Source: an uncultured Ilyobacter sp.
GTDB taxonomy: Bacteria > Fusobacteriota > Fusobacteriia > Fusobacteriales > Fusobacteriaceae
Length of the DNA: 24,000 bases
NCBI RefSeq assembly: GCF_963668085.2
Contig: NZ_OY764057.2
Location: 1,335,980-1,359,979, forward strand
Reading direction: 5' to 3'
Part shown: piece by piece, positions 17,394-24,000 of the stretch
Layout of the letters: each line of letters opens with the position of its first letter
How positions within the stretch are numbered: the first letter of the stretch is position 1
Made by a program: the position numbers and the translations under genes
The notes under the pieces: model-generated
The model's database searches: none
Told to the model about the DNA's origin: nothing
The model's input: only the letters and a program-made list of their open reading frames with translations

Positions 17394-17427
17394 CGTAAAA
17401 AAAGAAAGACCCCCTAAAGAATCTTTC
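17394..17427 (-). terminator. Rho-independent terminator after the EamA gene
   Basis: The minus strand reads AGAAAGA-ttctttaggggg-TCTTTCT followed by TTTTTT. Confidence 0.6.
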
Positions 17428-17475
17428 TAAAATTTAAATATTTTTATTCAGACTTTATATTTTAATCTAAATTTT

Positions 17476-18384
17476 TTAATTTTCACATGGTTTAGGAGAA
17501 CTACTCTTTTCATTAACACAAACTATCAAAACACTTGTCAGAATCAGAGATCCTCCTAGGAAAAAATTAATTGTAATTTCTTCATTTAGCAAAGCCCATC
17601 CCAAAAGCGAACCTACAACAGGTTGAAAAAAGAAAAACAGAGAACCTATCCCAGCATCCATCAGTTCCATTCCTTTATTCCAAAGGAAAAAGGCTCCTGC
17701 CGTAGAAATAACTCCTAGGTATAGAATTCCTAAAATAATCAAGATACTCTTATAATAAAAATCATTAAATTGCATTTCCCATAGCATTAACGGTGTAGTA
17801 AATATAAAGGCAACTAAAATTGCATAAGTGGTAATTGTCAAAGAGGAGAGTCGTCTAGATGCGATCTTTACCAAAATAGACAACAAGGCCCAGGTAATTG
17901 CAGCCAACACCAGTATCATACTACCTAAAAAATAACTTCCAAAATTACTTTCCCAGCCTACAATAATAATTACACCTACTACGGCTAGAAAAAGAGAAAT
18001 TATTTTTCTCAAAGTTAATGCTTCTTTTAATATCAATCTTGCAAAAACAACTATGAATACAGGTGTAGCAGAAGTAATAAGAGCTCCTGTATGGGCATCT
18101 GACAGTTTTGTGCCTATAAACTGACATGAGATTGATATAAAATAACCTACAAAACCTATACATCCGATCAGTATCCAATCTTTTTTTACTATATTTTCTT
18201 TTTTCTTTTTTGAAGTTTTCAACACTGCAAACAAAACAACAAATGCAATTGCATAACGAAGCCACACAAGTGTAAATGGCGGTATATAGTTTAAAACATA
18301 CTTACTTGCCACATACATTCCGCCCCAAATAGATGCTGCCGTGGATAGACATATTGCTCCTAAAAAATTCTTCTTAATAATCAT
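17476..18384 (-). CDS. EamA/DMT-superfamily transporter (10 TM, two EamA repeats); substrate unknown
   Basis: 302-aa hydrophobic ORF with a duplicated five-TM architecture and typical EamA sequence character. Strong RBS GGAGG lies 6 nt upstream of the ATG. Confidence 0.8.
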   Translation of the reverse strand: MIIKKNFLGAICLSTAASIWGGMYVASKYVLNYIPPFTLVWLRYAIAFVVLFAVLKTSKKKKENIVKKDWILIGCIGFVGYFISISCQFIGTKLSDAHTGALITSATPVFIVVFARLILKEALTLRKIISLFLAVVGVIIIVGWESNFGSYFLGSMILVLAAITWALLSILVKIASRRLSSLTITTYAILVAFIFTTPLMLWEMQFNDFYYKSILIILGILYLGVISTAGAFFLWNKGMELMDAGIGSLFFFFQPVVGSLLGWALLNEEITINFFLGGSLILTSVLIVCVNEKSSSPKPCEN

Positions 18385-18434
18385 AAACTACCTCCATCTT
18401 TTATAATAAATAGTTAAATAAAACTTATTTTTTA

Positions 18435-18469
18435 AGATGGGGTATAACCTGGCTATTTATACCTCATCT
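18435..18469 (-). promoter_or_regulatory. Hairpin in the EamA 5' leader, with an alternative pairing partner at the EamA Shine-Dalgarno
   Basis: Minus-strand RNA forms AGATGAGGTATAA (18469-18457) / TTATACCCCATCT (18447-18435), 13 bp with one A-C mismatch. The 3' arm CCCCATCT is also complementary to AGATGG(A)GG (18399-18391), which contains the EamA SD. Confidence 0.35.
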
Positions 18470-18523
18470 TTAGGCATAGACAGCAGGCTGATCATTCTCA
18501 AATATGTCAAAATATAATCTCAT
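18470..18523 (-). CDS. Candidate 17-codon leader peptide MRLYFDIFENDQPAVYA
   Basis: ATG at 18523-18521 lies 7 nt after a near-perfect SD AAGGAGG (18537-18531). The stop TAA (18472-18470) directly abuts the 5' arm of the hairpin. Confidence 0.3.
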   Translation of the reverse strand: MRLYFDIFENDQPAVYA

Positions 18524-18542
18524 ATTTATTCCTCCTTGTAAT

Positions 18543-18556
18543 GAACTAGTTAGATT
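18543..18556. promoter_or_regulatory. Degenerate copy of the ACTA-NN-TAGT operator motif upstream of the leader ORF and EamA
   Basis: GAACTAGTTAGATT has a core ACTAGTTAG identical to 9 nt of the reverse complement of pan site B, with one core mismatch (TAGA instead of TAGT). A half-site ATACTAAC lies at 18568-18575. Confidence 0.3.
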
Positions 18557-18599
18557 GATTATAGTTTATACTAACAAATATAATTATACAATTCAAGAT

Positions 18600-20051
18600 T
18601 TAAAAAAATATTTCCAGTACTTCTTCTTCTGGTTTTTTACCTATAAGTGAACCTATGGTAAAGGCCATAAGAGAAATAAATATAACAGGTACTATCTGGT
18701 GCATACCCATAGGCTTTATCTTACTGATGGTGAAGTAAAAATAAGATCCCACTCCTGTGAGCATAGAAGCTATGGCTCCTGTTGCATTTGCTTTTTTCCA
18801 ATAGAGTCCCAGTACTATAGGGCATAAAAAAGCTGCTTCAAGTCCTCCAAAGGCAAAAAGGTTTATCCATACCAAAAGTTTCGGTGGATTCATAGAAAGC
18901 ATGAAAACTATTATACCTACTGTAAGAGATGTGAAAAGTGTAAGTTTTTTTATTTTTTTATCGTCTGCATCTTTGTTTATATAATGTATGTAAAGATCCT
19001 TTACAATTGCTGCTGAGGATAGTATTAGCATAGAATCCACTGTGGACATTGTCGCTGCCAAAGGACCTCCTATAAATACTCCTGCAAGTATAGGGGGCAT
19101 ATTTCTCAGGGCAAGTGTAGGTATTATTTTGTCTCCCACATCTATTCCAGGAGCTACTGCTGCTCCCATGACTCCTATAAGGTGCATTCCTATCATCAAA
19201 AACCCTACCACAAAGGTACCAACTATCATAGCTCGATGCATAGATTTTGAATCTCTGAATCCCATACATCTAATTGTCGTCTGTGGTAATCCAAGTACCG
19301 CCACACCTACTAGCATCCAAAATGATAAAATAAATGGTTTTGCTATGGCTCCCCCAGAAGTAGGGGTCAGGAGATCTGGATTTGTTTTCATCAGTCCCTG
19401 CATTATATTTTCCATGCCTCCGCCATTTTTCAATATTGCAAAGAACAAAAAGGTAGTGGCCACCATCATCATTATTCCCTGAATTGCGTCAGTTAGAGCT
19501 ACAGCCCTAAAACCTCCCAAAGTAGTATATATTATAACCACTACACCAAAAAGCAAAAGGCCGGTGTGGTATGAAAGGCCGGTTACAGTTTCAAAAAGTC
19601 TGGCACCTCCGATAAACTGAGCTATTATAGAGGCTGCGAAAAATACAAGTACGGCTATAGAGGATAGTATAACCACTGTATCACTCTTGTACCTAGCCCT
19701 GAGATAATCTGTTATAGTTACTGCCCCTATTTTCCTAGATATTATTGCAAATTTCTTACCTAGTATTCCAAGTGTTAGAAAGGCTGTGGGAGTCTGTATA
19801 CAAGCTAACAATACCCATCCCAAACCGAGTTTATACGCTACTCCAGGTCCGCCTACAAAAGAACTGGCACTGGCATAAGTTGCAATAAGGGTCATAGCGA
19901 GGACAAAGCCTCCCATATTTCTGCTTCCAATAAAATACTCTTCTATAAAATTGACTTCTCCCGAGTGTTTTATTTCGTTTGTTTTATATGCTATAAACAG
20001 CATTACTGCAAGATAAATTACTAAAGGTATCAGTATCATTATGTTATTCAT
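18600..20051 (-). CDS. panF: Sodium/pantothenate symporter (SSS family)
   Basis: 483-aa ORF, the same length as E. coli PanF and colinear with it by eye (EEYFIGSRNMGGFVLAMTLIATYASASSFVGGPGVAYKLGLGWVLLA...GILGKKFAI...). It is preceded by a yhdT-like gene, as in E. coli. Confidence 0.88.
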   Translation of the reverse strand: MNNIMILIPLVIYLAVMLFIAYKTNEIKHSGEVNFIEEYFIGSRNMGGFVLAMTLIATYASASSFVGGPGVAYKLGLGWVLLACIQTPTAFLTLGILGKKFAIISRKIGAVTITDYLRARYKSDTVVILSSIAVLVFFAASIIAQFIGGARLFETVTGLSYHTGLLLFGVVVIIYTTLGGFRAVALTDAIQGIMMMVATTFLFFAILKNGGGMENIMQGLMKTNPDLLTPTSGGAIAKPFILSFWMLVGVAVLGLPQTTIRCMGFRDSKSMHRAMIVGTFVVGFLMIGMHLIGVMGAAVAPGIDVGDKIIPTLALRNMPPILAGVFIGGPLAATMSTVDSMLILSSAAIVKDLYIHYINKDADDKKIKKLTLFTSLTVGIIVFMLSMNPPKLLVWINLFAFGGLEAAFLCPIVLGLYWKKANATGAIASMLTGVGSYFYFTISKIKPMGMHQIVPVIFISLMAFTIGSLIGKKPEEEVLEIFF

Positions 20052-20059
20052 TATTCCTC

Positions 20060-20302
20060 CTAGTCAAAGTCAACTTCTTTAAAAAATATCTTAATTGCAA
20101 AGTATACAAGGGTGCATATTACAAAAAATCCTACTATACACGAATAAAAAAACCATTCTGGAAGTCCCATTATAAACCTGTATTCCATAGGGTTTTTATC
20201 CCCCATACCATAGGCAAAAAGGTACCACCACGCAAAATAAACAAAATAAAGAATTACTGTTACCGTAGCTTCTTTTCTTATCTGTTTGTTCCTCTCTCTC
20301 AT
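20060..20302 (-). CDS. yhdT: YhdT-family small membrane protein (DUF997), PanF-associated
   Basis: It resembles E. coli YhdT (RKEA...YF..W...AY...GLPEWFFYSCI compared with HKEA...YL..W...AY...GFPRWFEMACI). An 8-nt gap separates it from panF. The likely start is ATG 20302, 4 nt after GGGAGG. The track start at 20317 is TTG. Confidence 0.78.
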   Translation of the reverse strand: MRERNKQIRKEATVTVILYFVYFAWWYLFAYGMGDKNPMEYRFIMGLPEWFFYSCIVGFFVICTLVYFAIKIFFKEVDFD

Positions 20303-20378
20303 CTGTCCTCCCTGCAAATATTATCTGGCTTTACGAATAAAAATATCGATAAATTAATTTTGGCGAATAAAAATTGAG

Positions 20379-20819
20379 CTATCCTTTTCCGAGTTTTTTA
20401 AGAAGCTCTATCATTATCATCTGTTCCGCTTCTGTGAGCACACCAAAAGCTTTTTTTAAGTTTTCCAAATGCTTATCAAAAACTTCCTCCATAAGTGCAG
20501 TACCTTTTGGGCTTATTTTAATAATAAAAACTCTTCTGTCTTTATCGTCTCTTTTTTTTATTATAAGGCCCTCTTTTTCTAGATTATTTATTATCACGGT
20601 CATAGTACCACCGCTAGAAAAAGTCTTTTCTATGACCTCTTTTATTGTAAACTCCCCTCTATGATATAAAAGCTCTAGTACTGAAAACTGTGCCTCTGTT
20701 ACTCCCTGTTTTTTCATATCAGGGTATATCCTTCTGTTTACCGAGGCATAACACCTTGAAAAAGTCACTAAAAGTTTAAGATTTCTCCATTCGTCTCTAT
20801 CATATTCTTTATTCATCAT
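20379..20819 (-). CDS. MarR-family transcriptional regulator heading the yhdT-panF operon
   Basis: Winged-HTH core QFSVLELLYHRGEFTIKEVIEKTFSSGGTMTVIINNLEKEGLIIKKRDDKDRRVFIIKISPKG. The track start (TTG 20855) coincides with a -35 hexamer. ATG 20819 (MMNKEYD...) is the likely start. Confidence 0.75.
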   Translation of the reverse strand: MMNKEYDRDEWRNLKLLVTFSRCYASVNRRIYPDMKKQGVTEAQFSVLELLYHRGEFTIKEVIEKTFSSGGTMTVIINNLEKEGLIIKKRDDKDRRVFIIKISPKGTALMEEVFDKHLENLKKAFGVLTEAEQMIMIELLKKLGKG

Positions 20820-20826
20820 AGAAAAA

Positions 20827-20855
20827 ATTATACTACTAATTAGTTTATTTTTCAA
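20827..20855 (-). promoter_or_regulatory. Near-consensus promoter with an embedded ACTAATTAGT palindrome; the predicted TSS falls on the marR ATG (leaderless)
   Basis: The minus strand reads TTGAAA (20855-20850), a 17-nt spacer, TATAAT (20832-20827), then 7 nt (tttttct), then ATG (20819). The spacer is aat+AAACTAATTAGTAG, with its palindrome core at 20835-20844. No SD lies upstream of the ATG. Confidence 0.55.
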
Positions 20856-20975
20856 TAATAAAATAGCTTATTTTTACATATAATTTGCTATATAGTCGTT
20901 ATAAATTATTTTGACGATAAAAATTAAAAAAACCTTGTATTTTATCCTAGTCTAACACTTTATTTTGTCCAATAT

Positions 20976-21000
20976 AAAAAGAGGCCTAGGCCTCTTTCTA
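20976..21000 (-). terminator. Rho-independent terminator after panD
   Basis: The minus strand reads AGAGGCC-TA-GGCCTCT followed by TTTTTATATT. It starts 14 nt after the panD stop. Confidence 0.7.
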
Positions 21001-21013
21001 ATTTTCTATAAAC

Positions 21014-21397
21014 TTATACTAATTTACCGTGCTTTTCATAACTAGATATTTTTTCGACTTCATTGTGTTCTCCCATAAGAACTACTTTAGGCTGATGAGT
21101 ATGTGCCTCCTTCTCATCTACCATACAGTAGGCCATTATGATTATTTTATCATTTTTTTGAACCATTCTCGCCGCTGCACCATTTAAGCATACGATTCCT
21201 TTCTCATCTTCTGCAGCTATTACGTAAGTTTCAAACCTAGCTCCGTTGTTAATATTCACAATATGAACAAGCTCATATTCTCTTATACCTGCTGCTTCCA
21301 TTATTGTCTTGTCAAGTGTGATACTACCTACATAATCAAGTTCTGCCTGAGTTACTGTAGCTCTGTGAATTTTCCCTTTTAAAAGTTGGATTTGCAT
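21014..21397 (-). CDS. panD: Aspartate 1-decarboxylase (pyruvoyl-dependent)
   Basis: [25 protein letters not shown] contains the Gly-Ser self-cleavage site. The likely start is ATG 21397, 7 nt after AGGAG. The track start is GTG 21403, which overlaps the panC stop. Confidence 0.92.
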   Translation of the reverse strand: MQIQLLKGKIHRATVTQAELDYVGSITLDKTIMEAAGIREYELVHIVNINNGARFETYVIAAEDEKGIVCLNGAAARMVQKNDKIIIMAYCMVDEKEAHTHQPKVVLMGEHNEVEKISSYEKHGKLV

Positions 21398-21399
21398 TT

Positions 21400-22245
21400 T
21401 CACTCTCCTATTATCATATTATCTATAAGTCTTGTCTTCCCTATAAAAACCGCCGTTGCCGCAAGTGCCCTTTCTTTTACTACATCTATTTTTTCTAAGG
21501 TGTCAGGATCTACTATTTCAAAATAGTCAATTTTTGCAATATCCATTGTAGATATTTTTCTAGCAGCCTCTTTCTTGAGTTCCTCTACATCACTAGTTCC
21601 CTGATACACCATCTCTTTAATTATATTTAGAGCCTCTATAATAATAAGCGCCTTTCTTCTTTCCTCTTCAGAAAGTTTTGCGTTACGGGAACTCATTGCA
21701 AGCCCGTCTTCCTCTCTAACAATTGAACACCCTATGATTTCTACGGGAATATTTAGGTCCTTGGTAAATCTTTTTATTATAGCTAACTGCTGAAAATCCT
21801 TTTCTCCGAAGTAAGCTCTGTCTGGTGTAACTATTAAAAATAGCTTTGTAACTACAGTACATACACCTCTAAAATGACCTGGCCTTGTGGCCCCACATAG
21901 TTCTTTATCAAGACCCTCTATATCCACTAGAGTAGCAAATCCATCAGGATACATCTCTGCCGCAGTAGGAGCAAATATAATATCCCCTCCTGCATCTGCA
22001 ACCAGTGCTTTGTCCCCTTGAAGATTGCTCGGATATGTTTCCAAGTCATTTTCGTTGTCAAACTGCTTGGGGTTGACGAAGACACTCACAACAACCCTGT
22101 CATTTTCTGACGACGCCTTTTCTATGAGACTCTTATGTCCAGCGTGAAGATAACCCATGGTAGGTACAAATCCCACAGAAAGTCCGTTACTTTTCCATTC
22201 ATTAACTTTTTCCTTGATTTCACTGATGCTTCTTAGAACTTCCAT
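21400..22245 (-). CDS. panC: Pantoate--beta-alanine ligase (pantothenate synthetase)
   Basis: 281-aa ORF with the [13 protein letters not shown] (HxGH) motif and a length typical of PanC. Confidence 0.92.
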   Translation of the reverse strand: MEVLRSISEIKEKVNEWKSNGLSVGFVPTMGYLHAGHKSLIEKASSENDRVVVSVFVNPKQFDNENDLETYPSNLQGDKALVADAGGDIIFAPTAAEMYPDGFATLVDIEGLDKELCGATRPGHFRGVCTVVTKLFLIVTPDRAYFGEKDFQQLAIIKRFTKDLNIPVEIIGCSIVREEDGLAMSSRNAKLSEEERRKALIIIEALNIIKEMVYQGTSDVEELKKEAARKISTMDIAKIDYFEIVDPDTLEKIDVVKERALAATAVFIGKTRLIDNMIIGE

Positions 22246-22254
22246 TCTGTCCTC

Positions 22255-23082
22255 CTAGTAAAGCTTTTCAAGAACTTCATCTTTTATTCCGAAAGTGTGT
22301 TCCTTTGCAGGAAAGGTTCCATCTCTCACTTCTTTAACATAAGCTTCTAGACCTTCCCTCATTACTTTCCCTACATCTGCAAAGGTCTTTACAAATTTTG
22401 GTTTAAAATCCCCATACATGTTTAGCATATCCTGGATTACAAGAACCTGTCCGTCACAGACATTTCCGGAGCCTATTCCTATAGTAGGAACAGAGACACT
22501 TTCACTTACAATCTTGGCTAGTTTTTCCGGCACACATTCTAAGACTATTGCAAAGACACCTGCTTCTTCAAGTGCTTTTGCATCTTTTATCATCTGTTTG
22601 GCTTCTTCTTCACTCTTGCCTTGTACCTTGAATCCTCCAAACACATTTACTGACTGAGGAGTAAGCCCTAGGTGACCCATAACAGGAATCTGTGCTTTTA
22701 CTATAGCCTTTATTTTCTCCACCATATCAATTCCACCCTCTAGCTTCACAGCATGGGCCCCTGTTTCCTTTATCAATCTACCTGCATTTGCCACTGCTTC
22801 TGGTGTGGTATTGTGGTACGACATAAAGGGCATATCCAAAATAACTAGGGTGTTTTCCACTCCTCTCATCACTGCCTTCCCGTGATGAATGATATCTTCT
22901 AAGGTAACAGAAAGAGTCGAATCATATCCTAGACACACCATTCCTAGGGAATCTCCCACAAGAATGGCTTCCACTTCTGTTTCATCTATGATCCTTGCTG
23001 TCGTGTAATCATATCCGGTAACTACCGAAAGCTTCTTCCCCTTTTCCTTTGAATTTCTGAAGCTTACTACTGTGTTTTTCAT
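22255..23082 (-). CDS. panB: 3-methyl-2-oxobutanoate hydroxymethyltransferase (ketopantoate hydroxymethyltransferase)
   Basis: 275-aa ORF with [50 protein letters not shown], typical of PanB. Its ATG overlaps the upstream gene's stop (ATGA), and RBS GAGGAGG is present. Confidence 0.92.
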   Translation of the reverse strand: MKNTVVSFRNSKEKGKKLSVVTGYDYTTARIIDETEVEAILVGDSLGMVCLGYDSTLSVTLEDIIHHGKAVMRGVENTLVILDMPFMSYHNTTPEAVANAGRLIKETGAHAVKLEGGIDMVEKIKAIVKAQIPVMGHLGLTPQSVNVFGGFKVQGKSEEEAKQMIKDAKALEEAGVFAIVLECVPEKLAKIVSESVSVPTIGIGSGNVCDGQVLVIQDMLNMYGDFKPKFVKTFADVGKVMREGLEAYVKEVRDGTFPAKEHTFGIKDEVLEKLY

Positions 23083-23906
23083 TCTTCCTCCTCTAAGAGT
23101 TTTTTTATTTCGCTGTAATCTCTGTCGCTGTCTTTCAATATTTCTAAAAGCTCCAGGGATGCTGCCTTATAAAGTTTTTTTTCAACTCCACGCTGCACTT
23201 CAAGGTGCTTCAAAATTGTGTCAATGTCTCCTCTTTCAAGAGGTCCTGTTATAGACCTAGAGGTGCCTTTTTCTTTTATATTTTCTATGGTCTTTTCAAT
23301 TATAGGAAATATTATCTCTTTTCCAGTTTCAAGACCTGATTTCTCTATATTTGCTATGGCTCTGTGAATTACAGATATTAAAAGATTTGATGCAAAGACC
23401 CCTGCAAGATGATAGTTCACCTTTTTATCCGGTGAAATACTGAACTTATTATTGGGAACTTTATCTAAAAAATCTTCGAACTCCTCTAAATCCCCCTCTA
23501 TAGTTAGGGGCATTTTATCCATTTTTTCTATCTCTGTGTCTCCTCCTGCAAAAGTCATCATAGGATGAATTGACATGACTTTGCAATTCCTATCTCTAGC
23601 ACCTGAAAAAACTTGGCTAGAAAGTGCTCCACTGGTATGAACAACCAGCTTATCTTTTATTTTATGGGTTAAAAGGTTTTCCCAGACAGAATTTATGACT
23701 CCGTCAGGTACAGTTACAAATATAATGTCACTTTGGTCAATTATTTCTCTATAATTTTGAAAAACAACACTTTCAGTTTCAGTGGCTGCCCTTTCAGCTA
23801 GAGATTTTACGGTGTCAAAATAGCCGGCAACTTTTAGATTTTTATTTACAAAATATCTCCCAAGAGATAAACCTATTTTTCCAGCCCCTATAAAAGAGAT
23901 TTTCAC
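23079..23906 (-). CDS. panG: Rossmann-fold oxidoreductase, probable PanG-type (DUF2520-like) ketopantoate reductase
   Basis: N-terminal dinucleotide-binding motif [16 protein letters not shown]. It is the first gene of the pan operon and is translationally coupled to it. No panE or ilvC-like gene is in the cluster. GTG start at 23906 lies 6 nt after GGGAGG. Confidence 0.55.
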   Translation of the reverse strand: MKISFIGAGKIGLSLGRYFVNKNLKVAGYFDTVKSLAERAATETESVVFQNYREIIDQSDIIFVTVPDGVINSVWENLLTHKIKDKLVVHTSGALSSQVFSGARDRNCKVMSIHPMMTFAGGDTEIEKMDKMPLTIEGDLEEFEDFLDKVPNNKFSISPDKKVNYHLAGVFASNLLISVIHRAIANIEKSGLETGKEIIFPIIEKTIENIKEKGTSRSITGPLERGDIDTILKHLEVQRGVEKKLYKAASLELLEILKDSDRDYSEIKKLLEEEE

Positions 23907-23938
23907 TCTATTCCTCCCAACATTTTTACTGATATATA

Positions 23939-23952
23939 ATACTAGCTAGTAT
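23939..23952. promoter_or_regulatory. Operator-like perfect palindrome ATACTAGCTAGTAT (pan site A) in the pan operon 5' UTR
   Basis: A 14-bp perfect palindrome. It sits within an 18/19-identical direct repeat ATAATACTA-N-CTAGTATA shared with site B, 35 bp away. Confidence 0.5.
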
Positions 23953-23967
23953 AATATCCATATACAA

Positions 23968-23997
23968 ATGATAATACTAACTAGTATATTGTGTCAA
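23968..23997 (-). promoter_or_regulatory. Candidate pan operon promoter with operator palindrome ATACTAACTAGTAT (pan site B, 23974-23987) filling the spacer
   Basis: The minus strand reads TTGACA (23997-23992), the spacer caat+ATACTAGTTAGTAT (18 nt), then TATCAT (23973-23968). The palindrome abuts the -10 exactly as in the marR promoter at 20827-20855. Confidence 0.5.
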
Positions 23998-24000
23998 CAA

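Noticed and set aside
16965-17395. Tested the long intergenic region for a known housekeeping RNA (tRNA, tmRNA, RNase P RNA, SRP RNA, 6S RNA).
   Set aside because: None of the hallmark conserved strings or cloverleaf features is visible, such as a GGTTCGAATCC-type T-arm, the RNase P GAGGAAAGTCC core, or the SRP GGAA tetraloop helix. It is reported only as an unclassified structured or repeat element.
18540-18600. A terminator between panF and the leader ORF and EamA unit.
   Set aside because: No stem-loop with a U-tract is visible downstream of the panF stop. Read-through from panF into the EamA unit therefore cannot be excluded, and the TTGAAT-17-TAGTAT promoter here is only tentative.
20334-20374. 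Exact 11-nt direct repeat CGAATAAAAAT at 20334-20344 and 20364-20374, between the MarR stop and the yhdT start.
   Set aside because: It is a short repeat dominated by A/T in an AT-rich spacer. It forms no palindrome, bears no relation to the ACTA-NN-TAGT motif, and has no clear promoter geometry, so chance or slippage cannot be excluded.
1-24000. CRISPR arrays, rRNA or tRNA genes, prophage, toxin-antitoxin or recognisable anti-phage defence gene cassettes.
   Set aside because: No regularly spaced direct repeats are present. Apart from the EamA transporter and the radical SAM gene, whose substrates are unknown, the long ORFs have ordinary metabolic, transport or regulatory assignments. The only mobile-element-related gene is the solitary degenerate transposase homologue.

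Overview
This is a low-GC, Gram-negative-type chromosomal window; the gene content looks Fusobacteria-like, but that taxonomic guess is weak. It is almost fully coding and mostly housekeeping or transport. I found no rRNA, tRNA or CRISPR array.

Gene content, left to right:
- A partial recQ (-) and a divergent radical-SAM/SPASM gene (+).
- A four-gene minus-strand efflux operon: MarR regulator, NodT/OprM-type outer-membrane lipoprotein, membrane-fusion lipoprotein and AcrB-type RND pump.
- A glucose-family PTS operon (EIIA then EIICB, -).
- A very AT-rich, degenerate MuA/TnsB/TniA-like transposase homologue (+), followed by a second, orphan EIIA paralogue (-).
- Class II (B12-dependent) ribonucleotide reductase nrdJ (-), with tandem NrdR-box-like palindromes upstream.
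- tRNA 2-selenouridine synthase (+).
- A roughly 600-bp non-coding gap between convergent genes, holding a nested-inverted-repeat element.
- An EamA/DMT transporter (-).
- marR-yhdT-panF (-), encoding pantothenate uptake.
- A translationally coupled panG-like/panB/panC/panD operon (-), encoding pantothenate synthesis.

Most interesting signal: a shared palindromic operator motif, core ACTA-NN-TAGT.
- It occurs twice in the pan biosynthesis promoter region, once in the -35/-10 spacer directly abutting the -10 and once about 35 bp downstream.
- It occurs once in the same -10-abutting spacer position in the near-consensus, apparently leaderless promoter of the MarR gene that heads the yhdT-panF operon.
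- It occurs once more in degenerate form upstream of the EamA transporter.
- Together these suggest a MarR-controlled vitamin B5 regulon that I do not recognise as described.

Secondary signals:
- The transposase homologue appears to lack its first catalytic Asp and sits between two EIIA paralogues.
- A strongly Shine-Dalgarno-driven 17-codon leader ORF with alternative hairpins lies upstream of the EamA gene.
- The intergenic element is structured and repeat-like.

All calls come from reading the sequence and ORF translations by eye. No searches were run.
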